Positions 26,379 to 37,098 of a stretch of DNA of 64,000 nucleotides are shown here, piece by piece. A model generated the notes under the pieces. That model was not told the origin of the DNA, searched no databases, and saw only the letters and a program-made list of their open reading frames with translations. This DNA comes from Squalus acanthias (lineage: Eukaryota): assembly GCA_030390025.1 (NCBI GenBank), contig CM059432.1, positions 74,836,001 through 74,900,000 on the forward strand. Reading direction: 5' to 3'. The position numbers were made by a program, and so were the translations under genes. Each line of letters starts with the position of its first letter. Position 1 is the first letter of the stretch.

Positions 26379-27399
26379 AGTTTATGGAGGGTGAAAAATA
26401 GGAGGGCTGCCAGCAGTGTGCTGGAATAGTCATGTCTAGAGGTAACAAAGGCATGGATGTGGGTTCCAGCAGCAGATGAGCTGAGGCAGGGGAGGATCAG
26501 TACAAGGGGGATCAGTACACGGGGGATCAGTATTTGGGGATCAGCTTTTAGTTTCAGCGGCTCTCTCCCTTTTATTCAGATACGTTTCTTGCTGCGGGAT
26601 GTAACTCTTCACGTTTTAAAGGCGATCTCCTGAACAAGCTCTTATAATCATGAATCTGGACCATTCACCGACAAAGTGCAGCTTGTTTTGATGCCAGTAC
26701 ATTAATGCTGTGAATGTTGATGGTTGCTGCCACTGTGGGTGCCAACACGACCAGTGGAAGAGGGATCAAGCCGGCAGGGAGTCCTTCCACATACCCACAA
26801 TTTCCCTCGCGGTCCTAAAGCCCACCCATTTACATTCCAGTCGATTAAGATTAATTCCAAACAGCCTAGCTATAAACGCTACCTAGTTGAACCCAACTTT
26901 TGTGACTGGAAGTGTTGAGTACCAATATTATTTTAAACCGTTAGCGTGTTGAAATATTTGAGACATGACTAGCTGTAGGCATTACTACAAATCATTGCCA
27001 AAGATCTGATAATATTTATCAACAGTGTATGCAGCCACCAGGAACAACTGAATAAATATAGCTGAAATAATAGCAGGAAATCCAGCTCCAATTTGAAGAT
27101 ACGACTGTTTCATTTACATTGCATTTCTTTTAAAATGTGGAAAATAACTAAAGTGTACGGCAAACCCCTCCGATTTAAAGTTGACACATTCAGTTACTTG
27201 AGATAGTAGTGAAAGAAGTTAGATCCTAATTGAAAAAGTAAGTTACATTTAAACTTTCTGAAAACAGAAATACTTATCGTTATACAAAGATATATCAGGA
27301 AAACGAGGAAAAGAGATGTGTTGTGATAGTGGGAGGTCACCCTGCGCCTGAGTTGGAGTCATTGGTAAGTCACAGCGGGCATTAGGACCCGGTCGCTCC

Positions 27400-27603
27400 T
27401 CTCGGTGTGTTACAGGATTGAGACAGGACTACACACGCCCATTGCTGGCATCATAGCTGGTCTGGGGGCTTTATTCAAGGCACTCAGGAGAAATCGGTTG
27501 CTGGCAAAGACATCATTCCACTGTCCAGCTAAGGAGACGACATTGCAGGAGAGGAGAATTTAAAAAAAACATACAAAAAACAAAAAACAAATCCCAAACC
27601 AAG
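27400..27603 (+). other. Candidate non-coding first exon of the clavesin gene
   Basis: Unique sequence ending in a strong donor AAG|GTGAGG (27603/27604), 1.4 kb before the 29027 acceptor. The start is a guess. Alternative donors exist at 27363 and 27912. Confidence 0.35.
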
Positions 27604-29026
27604 GTGAGGTTCCACTTCTTAAAGCGGTAGAATTCATTGCCCTTCATTGCAGCATCCCAAGTATTTTTCTCAATGGCTGCTCGCCAGCACCTCCCTGCAT
27701 GGACAGCTCCTCCATCTGCAATTCATCCGCATGCACCTGCTCAGCTGGCTCTGGCTAAACCAATTCTTCAGCGGCACTGTGTGTGGTTTCTCCACAATAT
27801 CAATGGCTCTGTAGAGGCAGTAACTAGCTGTTGGTCTCTCTGATAATACGCAGTGAGGTGCAACAATTCCCCATCTATATTGCCTAAGGCAATGTCCATT
27901 AAAAAAAATAAGGTACCGTTTTATTTTCTCCTGTTAGTTTTTATAATCCAGGATTAAATAAACGCATGTCAGTAGGAAAATTGAAAATATGTGAAAATCT
28001 TTCGATGTAAACGTGCTAAACTGAGGCGGTTCATCCCCGTCTAAAGCGGTTTGGTCTCATTTAATACAGCAGTTTATCTAATACGTTTCGAATGTAGCAG
28101 CTTTACTTCCTACTACAATGTATATAATATGTTGGTAACTCGGGCTTGGAATTACAGGTTGTAGATGTAAGTATAGTTCTGAGGGTAGCTCAGCTTATCC
28201 TGGCTCTCCGTGCAATGCCCTAACTTGTTCCCAGCTCCACATTAAGACAGTGGCCGTGCTCACACGGAGCTGATCACACCACAGACACACGGGCACAGGC
28301 CGCTTTTTTTTTTAGCAAACAAACACAAATCGAACCTTTTAGCAAAATTGATCCCTTACATGAAACTCAGAAAAGATCAAGAGAATTCTACATAAGCGAA
28401 GTCAAAGAAGATAGGACAAGAAAATTAAACTGTTTTAGCGACCGTCAATCAGAGTATCTGCAGAAAAAAATGTAAGTGTGAATATTTCTATAATAAACCT
28501 TGGAAAGTAGATTCATAACCAGGGCCAGAGTGTTAAAAAGCAGATCTCATTTTTACTCCATGGAATTGCAGATGTTTTTTAGTCAGAGTTTAGGGGATGC
28601 CATTTCACATCGTTCTGCCAGTTAGAGTTACTGCTTTACGGTGACTGAACAAGTCAATTCTGGGTTTATTTTATGGGATTCCAGGATTTTTACTGACTTG
28701 GATATCGATTTCCACGATTCTATCCTATTTTTAGCAATCATAAATCCGTGGCCTTTCAAATCATCTGTTACCCCCCGTCATCTTTAAGGATACTTTGTCC
28801 CTAAACAGAAATGTAAAATGTTACTATAAAACAGAAACATCAGAACTTTAATGTGGGAGGGTGAGGGTCACCCCATTCCCATAAAATGCTGGTAGCAAAG
28901 AGTCAGGCCATATTTATCGTTTCACATTAATCTCCTTAGTAGAAACGCCAGAGAAAGACGAAAGTTAACATTTTTTTAAATAAATAATTTTCTTAATAGG
29001 GGTTTTCAATTAGCTTTTCCTTACAG

Positions 29027-29405
29027 ATCCACAGTGGAGGCAGGGCTGGAGCGGCTGTTTGAGGTAAAGTACATGGGATTTACTGTAATGAATAGACTGT
29101 AAGAGCTGGGTAGTAGTGACACGCTGGGGATATGGAGACTGTATCGTTATATAGTAATGGATAACATATCTCACTCTAATACACACATGTATGTTGCAGA
29201 AAGTCCAGCCATGTGGGTTCGCTTCAGCATCATGTTTTGTCAACAGATGGAAGAGAATGTTCAATAAGCCAACGTTATTGACGAATTCATCGGCTGGTAG
29301 AAGGGACCATGGGCACAACACTGGTTGCGACGGTGATGTCTGATCATTAGTAGCGAATCGTCAGAAAATAAGAGCACGGTCGTTGTTTTTATTATTATCG
29401 CTAAA
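29027..29405 (+). other. 5' UTR part of the first coding exon of clavesin
   Basis: Acceptor CTTTTCCTTACAG|ATCC at 29026/29027. In-frame TGA at 29334 upstream of the ATG. Confidence 0.6.
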
Positions 29406-29794
29406 ATGACCCATCTGCAATCTGGGCTCCGCGCTGAAACCATCGAGAAATCTCGGTTGGAGCTGAATGAGAATCCGGACGCCTTACACCAGGACATCCA
29501 GCAGGTCAGAGACATGATCATAACCCGCCCTGATATCGGCTTCCTGCGCACGGACGATGCCTTCATCCTGCGCTTTCTAAGAGCCAGGAAGTTTAACCAC
29601 TTCGAGGCCTTCAAACTGCTTGCTCAGTATTTCCAGTATCGGCAACAAAACCTGGACATGTTCAAAAACTTCAAAGCGGACGACCCTGGCATCAAACGGG
29701 CTCTGATGGATGGGTTTCCAGGAGTCCTCCTACAGCCAGATCACTATGGTAGGAAGGTTCTGGTATTGTTCGCTGCCAACTGGGACCAGAGTAG
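29406..29794 (+). CDS. CLVS1/CLVS2-like: Clavesin (CRAL-TRIO/Sec14-like lipid-binding protein), first coding exon
   Basis: [48 protein letters not shown]...FAANWDQSR is clearly clavesin. Donor AG|GTAAAT, 389 nt, phase 2. Confidence 0.96.
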
Positions 29795-30997
29795 GTAAAT
29801 GTAAAGATTCTACTCGTCCTTACTTGATGTTTGACCACGAACAATGGGTTAAACGTGTTTTAGAGACACTACAATAATAAAATAGGACAGTTATACTAAC
29901 ATTTTTGTGTCACTGCAAAGCGATTCCACTCCCAATGCTTGGCCTTGGCAATGCTTGGAGAGTATAACTCCAGTGCTGCATTAACCCTGATTTAAAAGGT
30001 CCTTGGACTTTCTGAGCACCTTATACATTTTCACATTACAAATCACAAGATAATTACAGATGAAGACTATTCAACCTATTTTAGCCCATCCATCCAGAAA
30101 GATCCTACAATCCTTCCAATGCAGCATCAAATTATTCATTGCTTTTGTTTCTACTCTTCTATCCAGAACTCTAATCCATGAGTTGATCACTCTCTGTGTA
30201 AAGAAGAACTTTGTGATGTCAGTTTAAAATGTTACCTTTTACTAGTTTGACCCTGTGACCCTTGTCCTACTCTTACAGTTCAGTTTAAGTTAATTTTCTG
30301 CATTTACCTTTCCCGTACCATTTGCTATCTTATACACCTCAATAAGTTCATCTCTCAGTCACCTCTTTTCAAGGCTGAAACACCCAAGTTTTTCCAGTCT
30401 TTCCTCATACCTCAGCCCTCTGATACTAGGGACCAGCCCCGTGACTCTTTGTCAGAAAATGAGTGCCCTGGGTAGCCCACCAGCTCCAGGAATGGGGGGG
30501 GGGGTGTGTGGTGGTTAATCATTCCCCATCCTTTTTGGGACATTACCGCCCTGTTTGACTGGGTGGGAGGCCACAAAATCTCCCCCATTGAGTCTTCTAA
30601 GATTCTAATTCTCTTTCAACTTTATGATTAGCTATTTCAGCATCATTTATGGAGAATGTGTGTTACACTGTTTTCTTCCTATGTGCAGTACCCTGTCAGC
30701 GTTAAATTTCATCGACCATTGTTTTGCCCACTTACATATTCTATCCAATTTATTTTGTGTTTCCTGAGCTGTCTCTTCAGAATCAACTTCCTCTCCCAGA
30801 TTGGTATCATCTGGAAATGTAACCAATTTAATTGAATTTTGGAATCCAGTGATTGATGTAAATTAGAAACAGTTGTGGCCCCAATACTGATCCCTGCAAC
30901 ATTCCACTTGACAAATGCTTTTTGAAAGTCTGGGTGCACTATGTTGTAGCATTTTCCACAGTCTACTTGAAATGTGACTTCCTCAAAAAAGTCTAAA

Positions 30998-31646
30998 GGG
31001 GAGAAATTCGGTATCGCCCCGTTTGGGCGCAGTAACTTTTGAAAGCTGGGAAACTTAGCGTCAGGCACTAATGATTCCCAGCTTTTTCTAAATTCTATGT
31101 TTGCACTCCAGGAAGGAAGTGGAGCAATAAATCAAGCATTCCACTTCCTTCCTGGAGCGCTAAAGGATGCAAGCGGCGTGGTAGTGGTGCAGCGCTGCCG
31201 CAATCTGAGGCTCCTTCCCTCCCTTAAAGGGAAGGGCCATCACTGCAGGCTCTGCATTGGGACCAGTTAGCTAATCCCTGACGGTAGCTGCGATCCGACT
31301 CGATCAGCCCCATGCACTCCAGCAGAATGCCGGGCTGATCGATCGCGGCCAAGAAGAATTGAAAAAAATTGGGGAAAAAAAGCATTGTAGAAATTTTCCT
31401 ACTTATCTCGGTAACCTTCCCTTTAACTTCCACCCCCGAAGTGCCAGGCCTCCCGGACAATGCTTCCTGTAGCTGTCGGCGTTTTCACCCAGCGATGCTG
31501 CAGGGGGCAGAACCATAGTTTGGGTCCGGGTCGCTACCGGGGTGATGCACACGGCAATGACGTCACGATCTCCAGGCGCAGGAGATTGTGGCGCAAAGTG
31601 CTACTGCCGTCACAAACCTCCCGGCCAAGTTAGTGGGAGTCGTTGT
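30998..31646 (-). mobile_element. Harbinger-family MITE M1 (one end truncated)
   Basis: Starts GGGGAGAAATTCGGTATCGCCCCGTTTGGGCGC, matching the reverse complement of the H2 right end. Hairpin at 31086-31158, CRE at 31558. No coding capacity. Confidence 0.75.
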
Positions 31647-34570
31647 CCATTTTATTTTCCAAAGTTCTATTCTCAGCCCCTCAAAATCAGCTTTTCTCCA
31701 ATCTATTACCTTCATCATACTTATGTCCTTCTCAATTATTATCTTAAAGCGTATTATATTATGGTCACTATTGCCTAGATGTTCCCTTACTTTTACTTCT
31801 CTTATCTGCTCTGGTTCATTCCCCATTACTAGATCCAATAACGAATCCTCCCTTGTTGGGCTTTTTACATATTGGGTTAGAAAGGAGTCCTGTACACATT
31901 GTAGGAACTCCATTCCCTTATCCCCTTTACCTACCTCTTCTGTCCAATTAATATCAGGATAGTTGAAATCCCCCATGATTATTATTCTATTTTTTTTACT
32001 CATTTCCCTAATTTGTTTGCATATTTCTTCCTCCACCTCCCTTCCACTATTAGGTGGTCTGTAACTCTGTTGGTGTGTTTGATCCTTTATTATCTTTTAT
32101 CTCTATCCACATGGATTCTATTTCTGTCTTGCTGATAGCTGCGTCACGTTTTTCTACTGTCATTATGTTATCCCTAATAAGTACAGCTACTCCAACTACC
32201 CTTTTTCCCTCTCTATCTTTTCTAAATATGTTATACCCTGCAATGTTTAATTCCCAGTCCTGATTTTTCTGTAGCCATGTCTCAGTAATCCCTATTATGT
32301 CTGGTTCCTCATTATGCATGCTTGCCTCCAGCTCCCCTGTTTTATTACGGACATTGTGTTCATTGCTGTACAGACAGTTTAACTCATTTTTAAATAGCAA
32401 TTTCTCTCACTTTATTTTTAACCATCTTTTTAAACTCCTGTTCTATAACTGTATTTATTCCCTGGCTATCAATGTCCTCCCTTACTTTATTCTTTCCTAT
32501 GCTCTCTTTTCCTGTTTTGTTTATATTTAGGCTGGTTTCATTTCTTGTAGATCCCTCCCACCATCTTACTAGTTTAAAGCCTTTGCCACCTCCCAATTTA
32601 CCCTTTCCGCTAGGACACGGATCCCATCCCAGTTCAGGTGGAGTCCGTCTCATCGGTTCAGCTCCTTCCTGTCCCAGTACTGGTGCCAGTGTCCCATGAA
32701 AAGGAACCCCTCTTTCCCACACCAGCCCTTTAGCCATGTGTTAATTCTCCTGATCTGACTACTTCTATGCCAAATTGCACATGGTTTGGGCTATAATCCA
32801 GAGATTATTACCCTTGAGGTCCTGCTTTTTAATTTAGTTCCTATTCTGGATACTCCTTCAGCAGGACCTCCTGACTTGGATAGAGAACTGGTTGGCAGAC
32901 AGGAAGCAAAGAGTTGGAATAAACGGGTCTTTTTCCAAGTGGCAGGCAGTGACTAGTGGGGTACCGCAGGGATCGGTGCTAGGACCCAGCTATTCACAAT
33001 ATATATAAATGATCTAGACGAGGGAACTAGATGTAATATCTCCAAGTTTGCAGACGACACAAAGCTGGGTGGGCGTGTGTGCTGTGAGGAGGATGCTGAG
33101 AAACTCCAGTATGATTTGGACAGGTTGGGTGATTGGGCAGATGCATGGCAGATGCAGTATAATGTGGATAAATGCGAGGTTATCCACTTTGGTGGCAAAA
33201 ACAGGAAGGCAGATTATTAACAGAACGGCAATAGATTGGGAAAAGGGGAAGTGCAACGAGACCTAGGTGTCCTTGTGCACCAGTCACTGAAGGTAAGCAT
33301 GCAGGTGCAGCAGGCGGTTAAGAAGGCAAATGGTATGTTGGCCTTCATAGCGAGAGGATTCGAGTACAGGAGCAAGGATGTCTTGCTGCAGTTGTACAAG
33401 GCCTTGGTGAGACCACACCTTGAGTATTGTGTGCAGTTTTGGTCGCCTTATCTGAGGAAGGATGTTCTTGCCATGGAGGGAGTGCAGCGAAGATTCACCA
33501 GACTGATACCTGGGATGGCAGGAATGACGTATGAGGAGAGATTGGGTCGATTGGGCTTATATTCACTGGAGTTTAGAAGAATGAGAGGGGATCTCATTGA
33601 AACTTATAAAATTCTAACAGGACTAGACAGACTAGATGCAGGAAGGATGTTCCCGATGGCGGGGGAGTCCAGAACCAGGGGTCACGATCTAAAGATAAGG
33701 GGTAAGCCATTTAGGACTGAGATGAGGAGGAATTTCTTCACCCAGAGAGTGGTAAACCTGTGGAATTCTCTACCACAAAAGGCAATTGAGGCCAATTCAT
33801 TAAATATATTCAAGAAGGAGTTAGATATATTTCTTAAGGCTAAAAGGATCAAGGGATATGGGGAGAAAGCAGGGACAGGGTACTGAATTTGGATGATCAG
33901 CCATGATCTCATTAAATGGCGGAGCAGGCTCGAGGGGCCCTGTTCCTATCTATGTCATTTGTTCTGACATGGACCACGACAACTAGATTTACCCTCTCCC
34001 TTTCCAAATTCCTCTCCAGCTGCCACGAGATATCCCTTACCCTGGCAACACACCCTTCGGGATTCTCGTTCTTGGCTGCAGAGGACACTATCCACCTAAT
34101 TATAAAATCCCCTATCACTACCACATTTCTATTCTGCTCTTCTCCCCCTTGGACAGCTTTCTGAGCCATGGTGCCTTGGTCTGCATTGTGGTTGTCTTCC
34201 CCGCAGTCTTTATCCTTGCCCTCACAGGTAGCGAGTACATCGTACCTGTTGGACAGGACCAGTTTCTGCGGGACCTCCTTCTCAACCTCTCCTAAGTCCC
34301 TGCTACTCGGCTCCCTGACAGTCATACCCTCCCCTTACTGAACCTGTACTTTCCTCTGGGGTGTGACTGTATTCTGGATAAAGCTGTCCAGAAATTCCTC
34401 CGCCTCCCTTATATTTCGGAGTGTCTCTAACTCGCACTCCTGCTCAATGACTCTGAGCTGGAGTGACTGAAGGCAGAGACATTTTCTGCAGATGTGGGAA
34501 TCCGGGACAGTCTCGCTGTCCACAAACTCCCACATACTACAGTCCCGACACATAGCCCTGCCCTGCCATC
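31647..34570 (-). mobile_element. CR1 LINE 5' half (ORF1 + APE domain), 3'-truncated, interrupted by another CR1
   Basis: CRDCSMWE..HICRKC, VVVIGD, VVVVHV.TNDI, GITETWL, IIIMGDFNYPDINW, LLDLVMGN. Confidence 0.9.
32873..33937 (+). mobile_element. 5'-truncated CR1 (RT C-terminus + 3' UTR) inserted in the antisense CR1 ORF1
   Basis: GVPQGSVLGP, KFADDTK, LVRPHLEYCVQFWSP. The host sequence resumes on both sides. Confidence 0.92.
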
Positions 34571-34818
34571 TCTGGAATTCTTTATTTATTTGCTTATTGA
34601 TAACCTGAATTAATTTAATTAGTTAAAGTTTTTATTCAAATGATTATTTATAGTTATATTGATTAATTAGTTTATCTAGCTAAGTTATTAATTTAATAAA
34701 GTAATGGATTCCCTTCTGAATCCATGTTGACTATTGTTTACAAGGTTATTATTACACAGATAATCCTCAAGTTTACTGCTGATAATCAATTTAATTATTT
34801 TACATGATATTAAAGATA

Positions 34819-35610
34819 GGGGGAGAAATTTGGTATAGCCCTATTTGGGGCGCTAAAACATTAAAAGTTGAAGAATTAGCACCAGGCACTAATCATTGTC
34901 GACTCCCACGAAATTCATTGTTAGTGCTCCAAGAGGGAAGTGGAGCACTAAAACAAGGGCTACACTCCTAACTTAGGGCGCTAACCTCTGAGAGCGGGGC
35001 GCTACCGGCAGAGCGATAAAGCAGGTCATGCGCAGTCCAAGCGGCACTCTTTAATCACACAGGCTGCTTCCATCACTTAAAGGGAAGGGCCAATCACGCT
35101 GTATAACCTCGTAGTCATCAGTGGTGTTTTTCAACGCGACCTGGGCGACTGCCATTGCAGCCCCCATCACTTTCAGAAAGTGCAGCATTTGGAGATGTTT
35201 GAGGAAAAGGTGTACAAAATTTTGCAGGCAGCAGACTGGTGCAAGTAATAAACGGTGCGATCACTGAAAGCGCCTTTTTCGCGATGTTCAAGCGACATGG
35301 AAACATTCCCTTTAATTACCGCTCCTGCAGCGCACTTCCGAGTGCACAAATCCTCCTCTCACTGGTGTTGTCGGCGCGAGGCGCTAAAGCAGGGGGCGAA
35401 AGACAATTTTACATAGGGGCCGTTAACGGGCTGTTGCACACGCATTGACGTCACCATGTGAGAGGTGCTAGAGGCCTAGGCGCTAAACTGTTAGCGCCGG
35501 CGCTAAACTGTTAGTACCAGCGCAAATTCGCCACTGAAGGTCGCGTGCGGCGTTGGATTCACTGTGGCCGGGCACTAACGGGAGGCGCTAACCTACTGAA
35601 TTTCACGGCC
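34819..35610 (-). mobile_element. Harbinger-family MITE M2 (~790 bp)
   Basis: Ends GGGGGAGAAATT and AATTTCACGGCC. Subterminal GCGCTAA motifs, CRE at 35446, and end homology to H2. Confidence 0.8.
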
Positions 35611-36399
35611 TAAATATTTAAGTTGCTGCATCTGCTTTGTCCCTTTTTGAAAATGGGTACAACATCAACCTGTTTATAGTATACCAGTACCTCCCTTGTT
35701 CCTCTTAGTTATTTGTTTTGAGCTTTGTTAGACTGTCTAGGACTTCCATTTCATTTATATCAAAGTCATTAATACTATTTATGTTATTACTACTTAGCAA
35801 AGACATGTTATTCATTTCATCCCCTTAAGGAAGTAATCATTCAGAATATTAACTATCTTATGCTCATCTTCGGTTTCAGTCTCTTTGCATCTGTTATGAT
35901 TCTTGCCTCTTTTATGTCTCCTTACTATTGAAGTACTGAAATTATTTCTTACTCTTACTGCTTTGTGTCTGCAGCTATGTCCAGATCTCTCTTAGCCCCT
36001 CTGACCAGTGTTAATGTGTTTCTGCATGTTTCTATATTCATCCCAATCAACTTATTTACCTTTTCCCCTCCAGGATTTGTTGAAGTCATTCATTTAACTT
36101 CTGATTAACCTATTAATCCATTTAGAGCCACATTTGTTTAGCATATATTTGCTGATCCTAAGTATTCAATCATTTTTATATGCATACTTGTCAACTGCTG
36201 AAGTGCTGTTAAATAACCCTCCTCCCCAGTCAATTTGCTTAAGTTGTTCTGTCATTTCTTTGAATTTTGATCTTTTAAAATTATATGCTGTTCCTGGACC
36301 TCTGTATTTCTGTATCTGGTATCATGTCAAACATGCTCATTCTGTGGTCACTTTTTCCTTGCACAAGGTTACTGCCTCTTGTGGCTTATCCAACACTGT

Positions 36400-37098
36400 G
36401 AGCTGGAAATTTGGTGCATTTGCGCCTCCCGTTAGTGCCTCCGGGGGGCGCTAACGGGGCACAAACTGACTTTTCGCCCGGGCGCAGCACCGCTAACGAC
36501 TCCTGCTAAATTCAGCGGCAGTTTAGCAGCGGCGGAAACCGGTAGTGCCCCACTACGCTGTGCAGGCAATGACAACGGCATCACCGTGCGCAGCGGCCCC
36601 GTTTTTGCCCCGCCTGCAAAATTGGCCCGTGCCCCCTGAATCTGCACCGGGCGATGACAGCGACCGATTCAGGGGGTGGGAACAGAGCGGCAGGAGGCTC
36701 GCGGGACGATAACTAAAGGGAAGGTGGCGGGCGGGGGGAAAAAAAATCGGCCGACTTACTTGTCGTGGCCCGTTGCGTCTTTTAACACGGAATCTGTGAT
36801 CTGGCAGCCCGGCACTTCTCTTGAGTGCCGGGCTACTGGCACAACACCCCGCTCCCCAGTGGTCCAGGTAGGCCCCCGCAGAGTTGCGGGCTTGGGCCCT
36901 CCCCTTTAATGAGGGGAAGAGCCCTTCCATGCGGCAGCGCTACATGGCCCAGTGCGTAGCGCTGTAGAACGCACCGCCCCGATATTCGGGGTTAGCGCTC
37001 CAAGAAGGAAGTGGAGTGCTTGAATTAGCGCTCCACCTCCCTCTTGGGGCACTAAAACTGAAGTTAGCGATCGCCGGCGCGATTTTTCGATGTTAGCC
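36400..37098 (+). mobile_element. Harbinger-family MITE M3 (~700 bp)
   Basis: GAGCTGGAAATT...TTGCGCCTCCCGTTAGTGCC...GCCCGGGCGCAGC matches the H2 left end. The hairpin at ~36997-37050 matches the H2 right subterminus. Confidence 0.8.

Noticed and set aside
29261..29614. 117-aa ORF antisense to the clavesin exon
   Set aside because: Shadow of the conserved + strand exon.
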